Shown: one piece after another, positions 33,406-42,765 of the stretch
Layout: each line of letters begins with the position of its first letter
How positions within the stretch are numbered: the first letter of the stretch is position 1
Virus record (IMG/VR): IMGVR_UViG_3300043389_000001
Location: 46,656-110,655 of that record
Strand: one strand, 5' to 3'
Length of the DNA: 64,000 nt
Source of the DNA: a virus
Made by a program: the position numbers and the translations under genes
The notes under the pieces: model-generated
Databases searched by the model: none
The model's input: only the letters and a program-made list of their open reading frames with translations
Told to the model about the DNA's origin: nothing

Positions 33406-34134
33406 ATGACCACCTCCTACCCGGCACCCGGCCGTGGAGCATGGCGCCGCATGGGCGGGCTGCTTCCCGCCAAGCCCGGCGGCACCGGCTCCACCGGCTA
33501 CTACCGCCTCGCCCACGGCGAGGAGACACCGATCGGCTCGGCGTGGATCAGACGCACCGACACCTCCCACCATGCCCAGTGCGTCTACTACGGCGTGGTG
33601 TCCCTGCAGGAGGCGCTGGAGATCGAGCCGGACGGCTGGTTCGGCCCTCAGACCGACGCTGCGCTGCGCCGTTTTCAGACCGTCATGGGGCTGGAGGTCG
33701 ACGGGCTGGCCGGGCCCACCACGATGAAGGCGCTGTTCACCCCGGCCATCCGCGCTGCTGCCGCCACCCACGAGGTCCCCATCCAGGTGATGGGGGGGCT
33801 GGTGATGAACGAAAGCTCCATGGACCCTGCTGCCGTCGGGATCAACGGCGCCGACCACGGCCTGTGCCAGATCAACCTGAACGTGCACGACATCGAGCTG
33901 GACCAGGCACTGGACCCGGCCTTCGCGCTGGACTGGAGCGCGGAGGATCTGCGCCGCGTGCACGACCGGTGGGACCGCGAGTCCTCCCGGGTCGACCCGT
34001 GGCACATCGCTATCGCCAACCACAACAGCCCCAAGATGGCTCGTCAGTGGGCTGTTTCGGGTACAGCGCCGTTCGAGCCGGGCCGGTTGTTCCAGATCGA
34101 GGACTACACCCTGCGGGTGTTAACCCTCTGGTAA
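33406..34134 (+). CDS. Endolysin: peptidoglycan-binding domain + SLT-type lytic transglycosylase
   Basis: LQ.AL...DG.FG..T..A...FQ...GL.VDG.AG..T; catalytic MNESS..P.A and GLCQIN. Confidence 0.85.
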   Translation: MTTSYPAPGRGAWRRMGGLLPAKPGGTGSTGYYRLAHGEETPIGSAWIRRTDTSHHAQCVYYGVVSLQEALEIEPDGWFGPQTDAALRRFQTVMGLEVDGLAGPTTMKALFTPAIRAAAATHEVPIQVMGGLVMNESSMDPAAVGINGADHGLCQINLNVHDIELDQALDPAFALDWSAEDLRRVHDRWDRESSRVDPWHIAIANHNSPKMARQWAVSGTAPFEPGRLFQIEDYTLRVLTLW

Positions 34135-34296
34135 AGACACGCCGGAGAACACTTCAGGAGGGCCGGCCTCAGCCGCTTGGCCGAGCCGCATTCCGTCCGC
34201 TCACCCGGTCACGCTGCGACGTGTCGCTCACCTATCGTGAGCGGCACGTCGGCTCTCCCACCTTCGTGGAGCGGCCCGTCAGAGAGGACGACCCGC

Positions 34297-35043
34297 ATGA
34301 CCAGTACCACTACCGTGCATGAGGATTCGCCATCCGGGCATTCCCGGCTTACCGCCGGTCGGACCCTGTCCGAGGACCCCGACACCAGCATGGTCACGAG
34401 TGCACGACTGCACTTGGTCAGCGAGCACATGGTGATGGACGCCCTGCACATGGACGCCGCCGACGCCGCCGCCCTGCACACCGATTTGCACATGCACCAC
34501 GAGTTCGATCACCCCATCACCGATCAGCGTTTTCGTCCCGGCCGCATCCTCGCGCTGCTCACCGTGGCCGACGAGCTGTCGGGCGACGACGTCGAGGACG
34601 ACCCCGACGATGACGAGCCCATCGAGCAGGACCGGCCCGAGACTGACGACGAGCCCGACCAGCCCGACGAGCAGGCCGAGGGTGAGGAGCGGGAGGACCA
34701 GGACGAAGACGAGGAAGACCCCGACGAGGATGACCCTGCCCCCGCGCAGGACGACCCCGCGAAGGTCGCCGCCTTTCGTAGCTGTGACGCAGATGAGCAG
34801 CACTGGGTTTTTGAGGACGAGGGCACCGAGGAGTCGCTGATCGAGGATCTGGACGACACCCCGGTCAACGTGCCGAAGATGCCCGTCCAGATGCCGGCGC
34901 AGAGCGCGCCGCGCGAGATCGGCGTGGACGGCAACCTGCACGAGATCCCCCGCGCCTACCGATTCGCCAGCGCTGACTTCACCCCCGATGAGCCCGAGGG
35001 CAAGCGACGCGCCAACCCGATCCTGGCTCTCTGGGCCCGCTGA
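34297..35043 (+). CDS. Highly acidic hypothetical protein
   Basis: Long D/E tract; GAGAGG RBS before ATG 34297. Confidence 0.7.
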   Translation: MTSTTTVHEDSPSGHSRLTAGRTLSEDPDTSMVTSARLHLVSEHMVMDALHMDAADAAALHTDLHMHHEFDHPITDQRFRPGRILALLTVADELSGDDVEDDPDDDEPIEQDRPETDDEPDQPDEQAEGEEREDQDEDEEDPDEDDPAPAQDDPAKVAAFRSCDADEQHWVFEDEGTEESLIEDLDDTPVNVPKMPVQMPAQSAPREIGVDGNLHEIPRAYRFASADFTPDEPEGKRRANPILALWAR

Positions 35044-35447
35044 TGCCCCGCACCAGCGACTTCGACCGCCTGCGGGTGGCGGCGCTGGTGATCGAGGCCA
35101 AGCAGGCCGGGCTGAACCCGGCCAAGGTCATCTGCGAGGTGCTGGGGATCAGCTTCGACTCCGCCCGCTACCGCTACCGCACGGTGATGGACGAAGGGTT
35201 CCTGGGCATCCGCCCGCACTACCCGGTCAAGGTCTGGATTCACCGCCAGCGCCCGAACGAGACCTCATGGATGGCCTGCGGCCACTGCCACTACCCCTGG
35301 CCCTGCCCCGAGGGATTCCCGCAGGGGGTGCCCACCCAGTTCGAGGAGAAGCACCCCTTGGAACGCGTCGAGCAACGCCGACGCGGCCGGCCCCGCAAAC
35401 TGCGCAGGCCACCGACCATCGTGAAGGGTCCCCCACGCATCCCATGA
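35043..35447 (+). CDS. HTH-like / Zn-binding hypothetical protein
   Basis: ICEVLGISFDSARYR; CGHC..PWPC. Confidence 0.65.
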   Translation: MPRTSDFDRLRVAALVIEAKQAGLNPAKVICEVLGISFDSARYRYRTVMDEGFLGIRPHYPVKVWIHRQRPNETSWMACGHCHYPWPCPEGFPQGVPTQFEEKHPLERVEQRRRGRPRKLRRPPTIVKGPPRIP

Positions 35448-35872
35448 GCCCCACCAGCAGTTCAACACCCCGGTCCGCACCGGAGGCGGAACTCACCCCC
35501 GCACAGATCCAGCAGACCGAAGCTCTGGCCAACCAGGAGTTCGGCGGGCTGCTGCGCGGCATCCGCCGTCGCTCCCACGCCACCTACGCGGTGTGCGCCC
35601 CGCACATCCTGCACAACTGCCTGTCCAACCATCTGGACGTCGTGCAGACGCAGGACATGATCGAGGCGGAGGTGTTCCACTGCCCGGTGTGCGGCAACCT
35701 GCTCAAGGACCGCCGCACCAAGATCGCCACCGCCATCATGCTGGAACGCCAGCGCCTGAAGGAGCTGTGGCAGGGGGTGGAGGACCACATCGGCGATCCG
35801 GACTTCCACCTCCACCTTGACCGCTTCCGCGCCGCCCTAGGGCTGGCGGTCACCGGCGGGAGCACCTCATGA
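35444..35872 (+). CDS. Hypothetical protein (CPVC)
   Basis: ATGA overlaps both sides. Confidence 0.65.
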   Translation: MSPTSSSTPRSAPEAELTPAQIQQTEALANQEFGGLLRGIRRRSHATYAVCAPHILHNCLSNHLDVVQTQDMIEAEVFHCPVCGNLLKDRRTKIATAIMLERQRLKELWQGVEDHIGDPDFHLHLDRFRAALGLAVTGGSTS

Positions 35873-36210
35873 GCACCCCTGAGGAGTCCCAGCACCCAGA
35901 GCTGCCCGCGTTGGAGACCAACCCCACGCCGGGGCAGCAGCTTCGTCTGGAGGGGTGGCTGTACGAACTGGGACGGGCCTGCCGGCGCCACGCCATCCGC
36001 CTCATCGAGCACGACGGTGAACTGCACATGGTCGACGCGATCTCCGGCACCCTGATCGGGGTGGGGCTGATGACCTTCGAGGACCCGCCCGGTCACACCC
36101 GCGACATCGTGTGTGACACCTCCATCCTGGATGGGGTGTGGCTGGTCAAGGACGAGCAGGGCAGCGACGTGGAACAACGCGAACTACACACCGGCCGCTG
36201 GGGCAAATAA
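35869..36210 (+). CDS. Hypothetical protein
   Basis: ATGA overlap. Confidence 0.65.
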   Translation: MSTPEESQHPELPALETNPTPGQQLRLEGWLYELGRACRRHAIRLIEHDGELHMVDAISGTLIGVGLMTFEDPPGHTRDIVCDTSILDGVWLVKDEQGSDVEQRELHTGRWGK

Positions 36211-36244
36211 CAATAGCTGCTAGGTCCGCGCCGATACCTGGGCC

Positions 36245-36448
36245 ATGACCCAGCCAACGGACCGAAGCGACGCACCCGAGCGTGCGCCGATGATTCCCAT
36301 CGGCGCCGAGCCCTACCCCGAGGAGTACGACACCTCACCCCGTCCGGAGGACGGCCCGCAGGACGTCGACCAAGACCCCGACTTCGAAGAGGCCGAGGTC
36401 GAGGACGCCGACGACGAGGACGACCCTGAAGTGCACGAGGTCGCCTGA
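36245..36448 (+). CDS. Small acidic protein coupled to CHAP lysin
   Basis: TGATG overlap with lysin start. Confidence 0.55.
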   Translation: MTQPTDRSDAPERAPMIPIGAEPYPEEYDTSPRPEDGPQDVDQDPDFEEAEVEDADDEDDPEVHEVA

Positions 36449-37209
36449 TGGCCTCTGCGACGAAGGTTCTCAACATCGCCCGGTCCCAGCTCGGGTATCG
36501 GGCCGCCTCCGGCCAGCGCAACAAGTTCGGGCGCTGGTACGGAATGGACGGCGTGTCGTGGTGCGACATGTTCGTCTCGTGGGTGGCCGTTCAGGCCGGC
36601 GCCAAGGAGATCATCGGGCGCGCGGCCTACACCCCGTTCCACGCCCAGTGGTTCAAGTCCCAGGGCCGCTGGGGTCAGACCCCCCGCCGGGGTGCCATCG
36701 TGTTCTTCAACTGGCCCGGTGACGGTGTGGACCGCGTCCAGCACGTGGGTTTCGTGGAGTCGGTGCGATCGCCCGGCTACATCGTGACGTTGGAGGGCAA
36801 CACCAAGTCCGGGCAGTGGGGCGATCAGTCCAACGGTGGCGGGGTGTGGCGTCGGGTGCGATCGACGTCCTCGGTCGTAGGCTACGGCTACCCCGAGTAC
36901 CGCACCGAGACCACGGTCAAGAAGGCACCCAAGGGCTCAAAGCGCCCGCCACTGACCGTTGATGGTGTGTGGGGCCGCAACACCACCCGCGCCCTGCAGC
37001 GCTTCCTGGGCGTGGAGGACGACGGGCAGATCGGCCCCAACACCCGCCGCGCGCTGGAGAAGTTCCTCGAAACCACCGTGGACGGCACGTGGGGCCGCGC
37101 CGAGCGCAAGGCCCTGCAGCGCAAGCTGGGCGTCACCGTGGACGGGCAATGGGGCCGGCAGACCATCAGGGCGCTGCAGAAGAAGCTGAACGGAGACTGG
37201 CGTAAGTGA
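36448..37209 (+). CDS. Endolysin: CHAP/NlpC-type amidase-peptidase + PG-binding repeats
   Basis: A.SQLGY, WCDMFVSW, GAIVFFNW, HVGFV, TLEGNT; four DGxW/IG.xT..AL repeats. Confidence 0.9.
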   Translation: MASATKVLNIARSQLGYRAASGQRNKFGRWYGMDGVSWCDMFVSWVAVQAGAKEIIGRAAYTPFHAQWFKSQGRWGQTPRRGAIVFFNWPGDGVDRVQHVGFVESVRSPGYIVTLEGNTKSGQWGDQSNGGGVWRRVRSTSSVVGYGYPEYRTETTVKKAPKGSKRPPLTVDGVWGRNTTRALQRFLGVEDDGQIGPNTRRALEKFLETTVDGTWGRAERKALQRKLGVTVDGQWGRQTIRALQKKLNGDWRK

Positions 37210-37475
37210 GGTTCGCGATTCGGATCGGCGTGGCGGTTGTCCTCATGGCGCTGGTGTTCACGGCGCTGTTGTTCATCCAGCCGCCCGCCTACGAACCGCC
37301 CCCGGACGTGGTCCCACCCCGACCGCACGTCGTGAACACGATGACCAACATCCGCGACCGGGTCCTGCTGTCCCAAATACTTTCGCCCTCAGCGAAGTCC
37401 ATGCACACCACGCTGCTGTACGGGCCGGTGACCTACCGGCTGTGCACGTACTGCTTCGAACCGCGCAGGTACTGA
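37206..37475 (+). CDS. Small membrane-anchored protein
   Basis: N-terminal TM; GTGA overlap. Confidence 0.55.
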   Translation: MRFAIRIGVAVVLMALVFTALLFIQPPAYEPPPDVVPPRPHVVNTMTNIRDRVLLSQILSPSAKSMHTTLLYGPVTYRLCTYCFEPRRY

Positions 37476-37493
37476 CCGGGTGGCTAGCGCAGA

Positions 37494-37535
37494 AACGACG
37501 AAGCCCCCCGGGCAGATTCGGGGGGCTTCGTCGTT
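37494..37535. terminator. Bidirectional terminator between convergent genes
   Basis: 17-bp perfect stem aacgacgaagccccccg/cggggggcttcgtcgtt. Confidence 0.8.
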
Positions 37536-37587
37536 CACCGAGAAGTGAACATGCGCGAGATCACCGCATCGGGCGCCGAACTCGCGT

Positions 37588-37791
37588 CTACTGTAACAGC
37601 ATCCACGCATGGACAGCGATGATGAGCAGGCTCAGCACCAGCCACGTCATGGCCCACATCCACGCCCACGCAAGGAATCCCGTGACCTCAGCCAGCATCA
37701 AAGCTGCCAGAACCACCCAGAACACCGCGAGGTGCCACGGCTGAAAAGCCGCTGGCACGAGGGGCTCGTCGACTTTCTGCTGCACTCGCAC
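37588..37791 (-). CDS. Small two-TM membrane protein
   Basis: Two hydrophobic helices. Confidence 0.55.
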   Translation of the reverse strand: MRVQQKVDEPLVPAAFQPWHLAVFWVVLAALMLAEVTGFLAWAWMWAMTWLVLSLLIIAVHAWMLLQ

Positions 37792-38101
37792 GCGTCATCT
37801 CACTGTTGGCCTCGACCGGGGGCGCGGCATCCGGGCACTCGACTACGTCCGGAGGATGACCATCTGCAGGAGTGGCTGCCACGCCCCGACACGGGGAAGT
37901 ATCGAGGAACGGGCTGGCAGCCGTCCCGGACGCCGCGCGATACCCACAGTAGGTGCTGGCCCGGCCGACTTCCACACAGCCGCGCGGCATGTCTGCACGC
38001 GAACGCTCAGCTTGCGTCAGAGATTTCAGTTCACTGAAACGTCGATCGCGTCGATGACCGGGTCAGCACCACCACCGCGTCACCGATGAAAGGGCGTAAC
38101 C

Positions 38102-38311
38102 GTGAGCAAGAAGGACGAGGCCCCTGAGCCGCGCGTCTTCCTCGGAGTCGGAGAACCCGGCAACGACGAACCCTCCGAGCACCCCGAAGCCGGCAGCGAA
38201 GCCTTCGGCGTACCGGCCGATCTGGCCGTCGGTGCCCCCGATACCGCCGCCGAGAACGACGGCGAGCAGGCCGACGCGAAGCCGGCCAAGGACACCAAGG
38301 AGAAGAAGTGA
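38102..38311 (+). CDS. Acidic hypothetical protein
   Basis: GAAAGGG RBS; GTGA overlap downstream. Confidence 0.55.
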   Translation: MSKKDEAPEPRVFLGVGEPGNDEPSEHPEAGSEAFGVPADLAVGAPDTAAENDGEQADAKPAKDTKEKK

Positions 38312-38622
38312 CCGACGCGAAGAAGACTGAGAACAAGGACCAGAGCAAGGACCGTGGCGAAGACCTCGCCCCGGCGCTGGCCCCGGACCCGATGAAGGGC
38401 GGCGTGGACTCCTCCGACGCCGCCGCGCCGGGCGATGCCAAGGGTGAGCGCAAGCCCAAGCGCGGCCCGGTGCAGCGCGACAAGTCCATGACCGAGCAGG
38501 GCGCTTCCGCATCCCCGGCCGGCCTGGACGAGGCCGTGCGCGGGCAGACCATGCCGCGCCAGTACGAGGGCGACGGCTTCGGCGACGTGCCAGTGCAGAT
38601 GCGCGAGAAGCCCGAGAAGTAG
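38308..38622 (+). CDS. Charged hypothetical protein
   Basis: Operon ORF. Confidence 0.6.
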   Translation: MTDAKKTENKDQSKDRGEDLAPALAPDPMKGGVDSSDAAAPGDAKGERKPKRGPVQRDKSMTEQGASASPAGLDEAVRGQTMPRQYEGDGFGDVPVQMREKPEK

Positions 38623-38681
38623 GGCACCGCAGGCCCGGCCGAGCCTGCACCTGATGAACCGACCATTGAGCTGGAGGCACC

Positions 38682-38882
38682 GTGAAGTTCCCACGTGAGA
38701 CCGCGACCCACATCGAAGACCTGCCGCACCGCTACGAACGGCAGGCTGACGCGCGCGGTTGCGACGTGTGCGGATGGGAACCGGAGGATGCCCGGCATGC
38801 CGCCTGGGAGAAGTCGCAGGTGAACATGACCGAGAACGCCAAAGACTCATCGAATGGCGCGGTAACCAGGCAGTTCGGCTGA
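38682..38882 (+). CDS. Small hypothetical protein (CDVC)
   Basis: GGAGG RBS. Confidence 0.6.
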   Translation: MKFPRETATHIEDLPHRYERQADARGCDVCGWEPEDARHAAWEKSQVNMTENAKDSSNGAVTRQFG

Positions 38883-38888
38883 CCTGCT

Positions 38889-38934
38889 AACCGGAGGCGG
38901 TCACAGCGAAAGTTGCTGACCGCCTCCGGTTTTC
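38889..38934 (+). terminator. Intrinsic terminator
   Basis: 15-bp stem ending in tttt. Confidence 0.7.
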
Positions 38935-38969
38935 GCCTTTGTCCCTATATGCCCGGCGCAAAAGTTTTT

Positions 38970-38999
38970 TTGACAGCGACTTGACGCGCTCGATAGGAT
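38970..38999 (+). promoter_or_regulatory. Consensus primary-sigma promoter for dcd operon
   Basis: TTGACA (38970-75), 18-bp spacer, TAGGAT (38994-99). Confidence 0.8.
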
Positions 39000-39030
39000 C
39001 CAACGCGGTGCGAAGCTTAAGGAACGTGCG

Positions 39031-39082
39031 AGCACAACAAAGCAAAACAAACAGACAAAGCAAAACAGAAACAACCACGAAC
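39031..39082 (+). repeat. A/C-rich T-free leader with 13-bp direct repeat
   Basis: acaaagcaaaaca at 39037 and 39055. Confidence 0.65.
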
Positions 39083-39179
39083 TTCTAAGGCCCCCCCTAT
39101 GCCCACTTCAGGGCGCAGCGGGGGCCCGCATGTTTTGCCACCCCCGTCAAGCCGCACCCTGCCCGGAGAACCCCGAACG

Positions 39180-39746
39180 ATGCTGAACAACAAGCAGATC
39201 CGGCAGGCCATCTACGACGGTCACCTGCAGGTATCCCCCGACGAGGGACTGGACCTCCGCTTGCAGCCCTCCAGCCTCGACGTGCGCCTGGGCACGATCT
39301 TCGCCCGGCAGGACCACCTCAACCTCGCCGTGATCGACACCAAGGCCGACACCACCGAGCACTGGCGCATGTACGACGTCGGCCCCGAGGGACACTTCGA
39401 CGTCCCGCCCGGAGAGCACGTCCTGGCTACCACGCTGGAGAAGATCGCCCTGCCCAACTGGCTGGCCGCCCGGGTCGAGGGCAAGTCCTCCTTGGGCCGG
39501 CTCGGACTGCTGGTCCACCAGACCGCCGGGTTCATCGACCCCGGATGGGAACTGGCCACCATCACGCTGGAGCTGTCGTGCGTGGCCGGGCGACCCATCC
39601 GTATCTACCCCGGCATGCCCGTGGCCCAGCTCGCCTTTGAGGAGATCGCCCCGGTCGCCACCGGCTACTCCGGCAAGTACGTCGGACAGATCGGCCCAAC
39701 TCCCAGCAAGTACCACCGCAACTGGACCGGGACCTGCTGGACCTGA
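39180..39746 (+). CDS. dcd: dCTP deaminase
   Basis: LQPSSLDVRLG, ARVEGKSSLGRLGL.VH.TAGFIDPG, ITLEL, YPGMPVAQL, KY.GQ. Confidence 0.95.
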   Translation: MLNNKQIRQAIYDGHLQVSPDEGLDLRLQPSSLDVRLGTIFARQDHLNLAVIDTKADTTEHWRMYDVGPEGHFDVPPGEHVLATTLEKIALPNWLAARVEGKSSLGRLGLLVHQTAGFIDPGWELATITLELSCVAGRPIRIYPGMPVAQLAFEEIAPVATGYSGKYVGQIGPTPSKYHRNWTGTCWT

Positions 39747-39849
39747 ACCGCAGCCGAGCGGGGGCCGACACGGCCAGGTAAGACTGCGTGAGGGGACAGA
39801 CAAGGAGCCGTGACTCCGCGCAGCGCCGCCCTCGGCCGATACATCAGGC

Positions 39850-40266
39850 ATGAGCGCATCGAGACTGCCCGCCTACACCTATCGCGCCCAAGTCTGGCGC
39901 GTCATCGACGGCGACACCTTCATCGCCGACGTGGATCTGGGTTTCGGCATCTGGATACACCAGCAGTCGTTCCGGCTCTTGGGCTGCAACGCCCGGGAGA
40001 AGAACGACCCCGGCGGCCGTGAAGCCGCACGCAACCTCGCCGGCCTGATCGGCAACGGCACGATGCTCACCCTCACCAGCGTGAAGCCGGACAAGTTCGG
40101 TGGCCGATACGATGCCAGCGTCACCCTGCCCGACGGCACCGATCTGGTGGAAACCCTGATCCAGCATCAGTGGGCCTCGGCGTGGGACGGAACCGGCACG
40201 AAGCCGCTTCCCGCGTGGCCACGGACGGACCAGACCCCATCTGCCGACTGGAAGGCCACCTTGTGA
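39850..40266 (+). CDS. SNase/thermonuclease-family protein
   Basis: Y.A.V.RVIDGDT...VDLGF, RL.G.NA.E, DKFGGRY.A. Confidence 0.85.
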   Translation: MSASRLPAYTYRAQVWRVIDGDTFIADVDLGFGIWIHQQSFRLLGCNAREKNDPGGREAARNLAGLIGNGTMLTLTSVKPDKFGGRYDASVTLPDGTDLVETLIQHQWASAWDGTGTKPLPAWPRTDQTPSADWKATL

Positions 40267-40511
40267 GCGAGGATCTCAACACCCGGCTGCTCATCCAGCG
40301 CCAGCAGGCCCGCATCGAGGAACTGCAGTCGTTCCTGGCGCTGCTGATCGTGCGCCACGGCTACCCCACCGATGCCGGCTTCCGGATCGACATGTCCTCC
40401 GGCACCGCGCAGACCCTGCGTGCCCAGCTCCACGGTCACCAGCCGGAAGTCGTCATCACCTACGAGCAGGAGATGGACATGCACGTACTGGACGCCATGG
40501 CCATCATCTAG
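40263..40511 (+). CDS. Hypothetical protein
   Basis: GTGA overlap. Confidence 0.55.
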   Translation: MSEDLNTRLLIQRQQARIEELQSFLALLIVRHGYPTDAGFRIDMSSGTAQTLRAQLHGHQPEVVITYEQEMDMHVLDAMAII

Positions 40512-40671
40512 CCAATCGACACATTCCAGAAGCATGTTGCCATTCGCCTCAGTGGTCACAACTTCGCAGGTCACAGCCCCCTGATCAAGGAATCAGTGCC
40601 AGAGTAGGGCCCGCGCCCACACCGAGCCCTCCTAGGTGAAGCGGCGCACCGTCGGCCCCCGTTCCCCCCCC

Positions 40672-41058
40672 TTAGACGGGGGCCGACTCCTTCAGCTCGT
40701 ACACCAGGATCGACGTGCCGGCGCGCTCGCTCCCCACGCCCCGGTGCACGCGGGCGAACCACTCCAGGATCTGCGAGTCATCAGCTATGACCAGCTTGTT
40801 CATCGAGTCGGTCACCAGCTTCAGTAGGTTGTCCCCGTCGGTGCGCCGCTTGGTCGCGCAGAAGAACTCCACCGCCACCCCCACATCGCCCTCGAACGGC
40901 GTCACGTCGCGTCCGAGCTGATCGAAGAACCACTCGCGCAGCTTGAACTCGGCCTCCCGGGTGCGTGCGGGCGTGAAGGACCGGCCACCGTTGGGGTTCT
41001 GCCGAGGCCGGCCCTTGGACACCGGGTCGCCGGGGATGAAGCAGTCGAGGATCGCCAT
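40672..41058 (-). CDS. rusA: RusA-family Holliday junction resolvase
   Basis: PGDPVSKGRPR, DGDNLLKLVTDSMN..IADDSQI. Confidence 0.88.
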   Translation of the reverse strand: MAILDCFIPGDPVSKGRPRQNPNGGRSFTPARTREAEFKLREWFFDQLGRDVTPFEGDVGVAVEFFCATKRRTDGDNLLKLVTDSMNKLVIADDSQILEWFARVHRGVGSERAGTSILVYELKESAPV

Positions 41059-41207
41059 GCCCGCTCTTCGACCGCCGGCCGCCGACAAACGCTGCCGCAG
41101 AAACAGACCCATACGTTCGGGTCACTGTTTGTCGGCCACTACTGCGTGTAATAATGGCGGCCGGGATCGCGCTCAGAGCGTGAAACTGCCTGCCGGAGCA
41201 GGGACAT

Positions 41208-41843
41208 GTGAGCAATCCACCCCCCGCATCATCCCCGCCCCTGACCGTCAAGCTCGTCTCGGGCGAAGAACTCATCGTCCTGACCCCGGGCGAACAGCGC
41301 TGGTTCAACAACAACCGTCAGCGCTATCTGGAACAGACCCGCTTCACCGAGACCACCGATCTGCAGGATCTGGATCGGCTCATGGCCATGGAGCTACAGG
41401 TCTTCCGCATGACCATGTGGTCGTCCGCCGGTCACGACTACGACGAAATGCCCATCGACGAAGCGCTCATTCGCCGCAACATCCGCGAATACAGCGAGCA
41501 GATCAACAAGACCAAGACCGCGATGGGCCTGACCAAGGCAGCCCGCGACGAAGCCCGCAACTCCGGTGACTTGGCCGAGTACTTCTCCGACCTGAAGATG
41601 CGCGCCAAGATCTTCGGCATCCACCGCGAGGAACAGCTCACCAAAGCCCTGTCACTGGTGCAGGAACTCTCAGCCATCGTCGGGTCCTTCGACCGCTCGG
41701 ACAAGGAAGAACGAGCCAAGCTCGGCTTCGAATCCGAGGCAGAAATCCTCGAATGGGTCCGCAACACCATGCTTCCCGAGTTCGCGGCCATCGACCAACA
41801 CTTCCGCGAGAACGAGCAAAGATACTGGGTGAGGAAGCAGTGA
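41208..41843 (+). CDS. Helical hypothetical protein (terminase small subunit candidate)
   Basis: Head of packaging operon; function inferred from position only. Confidence 0.6.
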   Translation: MSNPPPASSPPLTVKLVSGEELIVLTPGEQRWFNNNRQRYLEQTRFTETTDLQDLDRLMAMELQVFRMTMWSSAGHDYDEMPIDEALIRRNIREYSEQINKTKTAMGLTKAARDEARNSGDLAEYFSDLKMRAKIFGIHREEQLTKALSLVQELSAIVGSFDRSDKEERAKLGFESEAEILEWVRNTMLPEFAAIDQHFRENEQRYWVRKQ

Positions 41844-42160
41844 CCGTACAGTTCAACCCCGGCGACGCCGGCCCCACCTACTTCGGCGAGCAGCACCTGG
41901 CCTTCCGCGAACTACCGCCGCCGGCTCATGATCCACGTGAAACCCCTGCACGCGAATACGACGATTGCGTCAGCCTTCTGGACGAGGCGCGCCACAACGC
42001 CGCCGCCGACCTCGTCGGGATCGGCATGCGAGCGGTCATCCGTGATCTGCAGGACTACGTCTACGAGCACGACATGACCGGCACCATCAACTCCTCCGAA
42101 CTGCGCGCCTACCTGCTGGCCCAGCTCATCATTTCCGGGGCCGTCGATGGCCAAAGCTGA
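41840..42160 (+). CDS. Hypothetical protein
   Basis: GTGA overlap. Confidence 0.6.
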   Translation: MTVQFNPGDAGPTYFGEQHLAFRELPPPAHDPRETPAREYDDCVSLLDEARHNAAADLVGIGMRAVIRDLQDYVYEHDMTGTINSSELRAYLLAQLIISGAVDGQS

Positions 42161-42737
42161 TCTGGAGAAGGCGCGCTCGCTGTACCCCTCCTGCAAGATG
42201 GGCATCGAGGACTGGGTGACCTTCTTCGGCACCAGCGCCGGGCTTCGGGCCATGGGCCGGATCATCTACGACGTCTACGACGAGACCATCTCCCGCGAGG
42301 AACGCGAGAACGGCAAGCGCCGCATCGGACGGCGTCCCGCCCGCGATGCCACCTCTCTGGCCAAGGTCATGGCCGTCGTGCGGCCCGAGGAGTTCTCCAA
42401 CGAACCCCTGCCGATCGCACTGAAGGCCCTCATGCGCGGGCGGACCCAGCGCCAGTTCGCCCGCAAGGTCCCCATCTCCCAGACACATCTGGGCCGCCTG
42501 CTGCTGCCGGACTCCTACAGCCCCGAGTCCTACCCCCTCGAACTCATGGAGGCGCTGGCGGACGCGGCCAACGTGGGCCCGTGGCACTTTCGGGAGTGGC
42601 GCGCCCAGTACATCGGGGAGCTGATCACCCAGACCCTGCTGGACAACCCGCATCTGGGCATCACCGCCCTGCGGGGCCTGCGCAACGCCCGCCGCGATTC
42701 CGATGCCGGCCCCGGAGTGTCGAAAGCGTCGGCATGA
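42147..42737 (+). CDS. XRE-like HTH protein
   Basis: LMRGRTQRQFARKVPISQTHLGRL. Confidence 0.7.
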   Translation: MAKADLEKARSLYPSCKMGIEDWVTFFGTSAGLRAMGRIIYDVYDETISREERENGKRRIGRRPARDATSLAKVMAVVRPEEFSNEPLPIALKALMRGRTQRQFARKVPISQTHLGRLLLPDSYSPESYPLELMEALADAANVGPWHFREWRAQYIGELITQTLLDNPHLGITALRGLRNARRDSDAGPGVSKASA

Positions 42738-42765
42738 TTCTGACCCAAGCTCCTGGTTCACGCTG

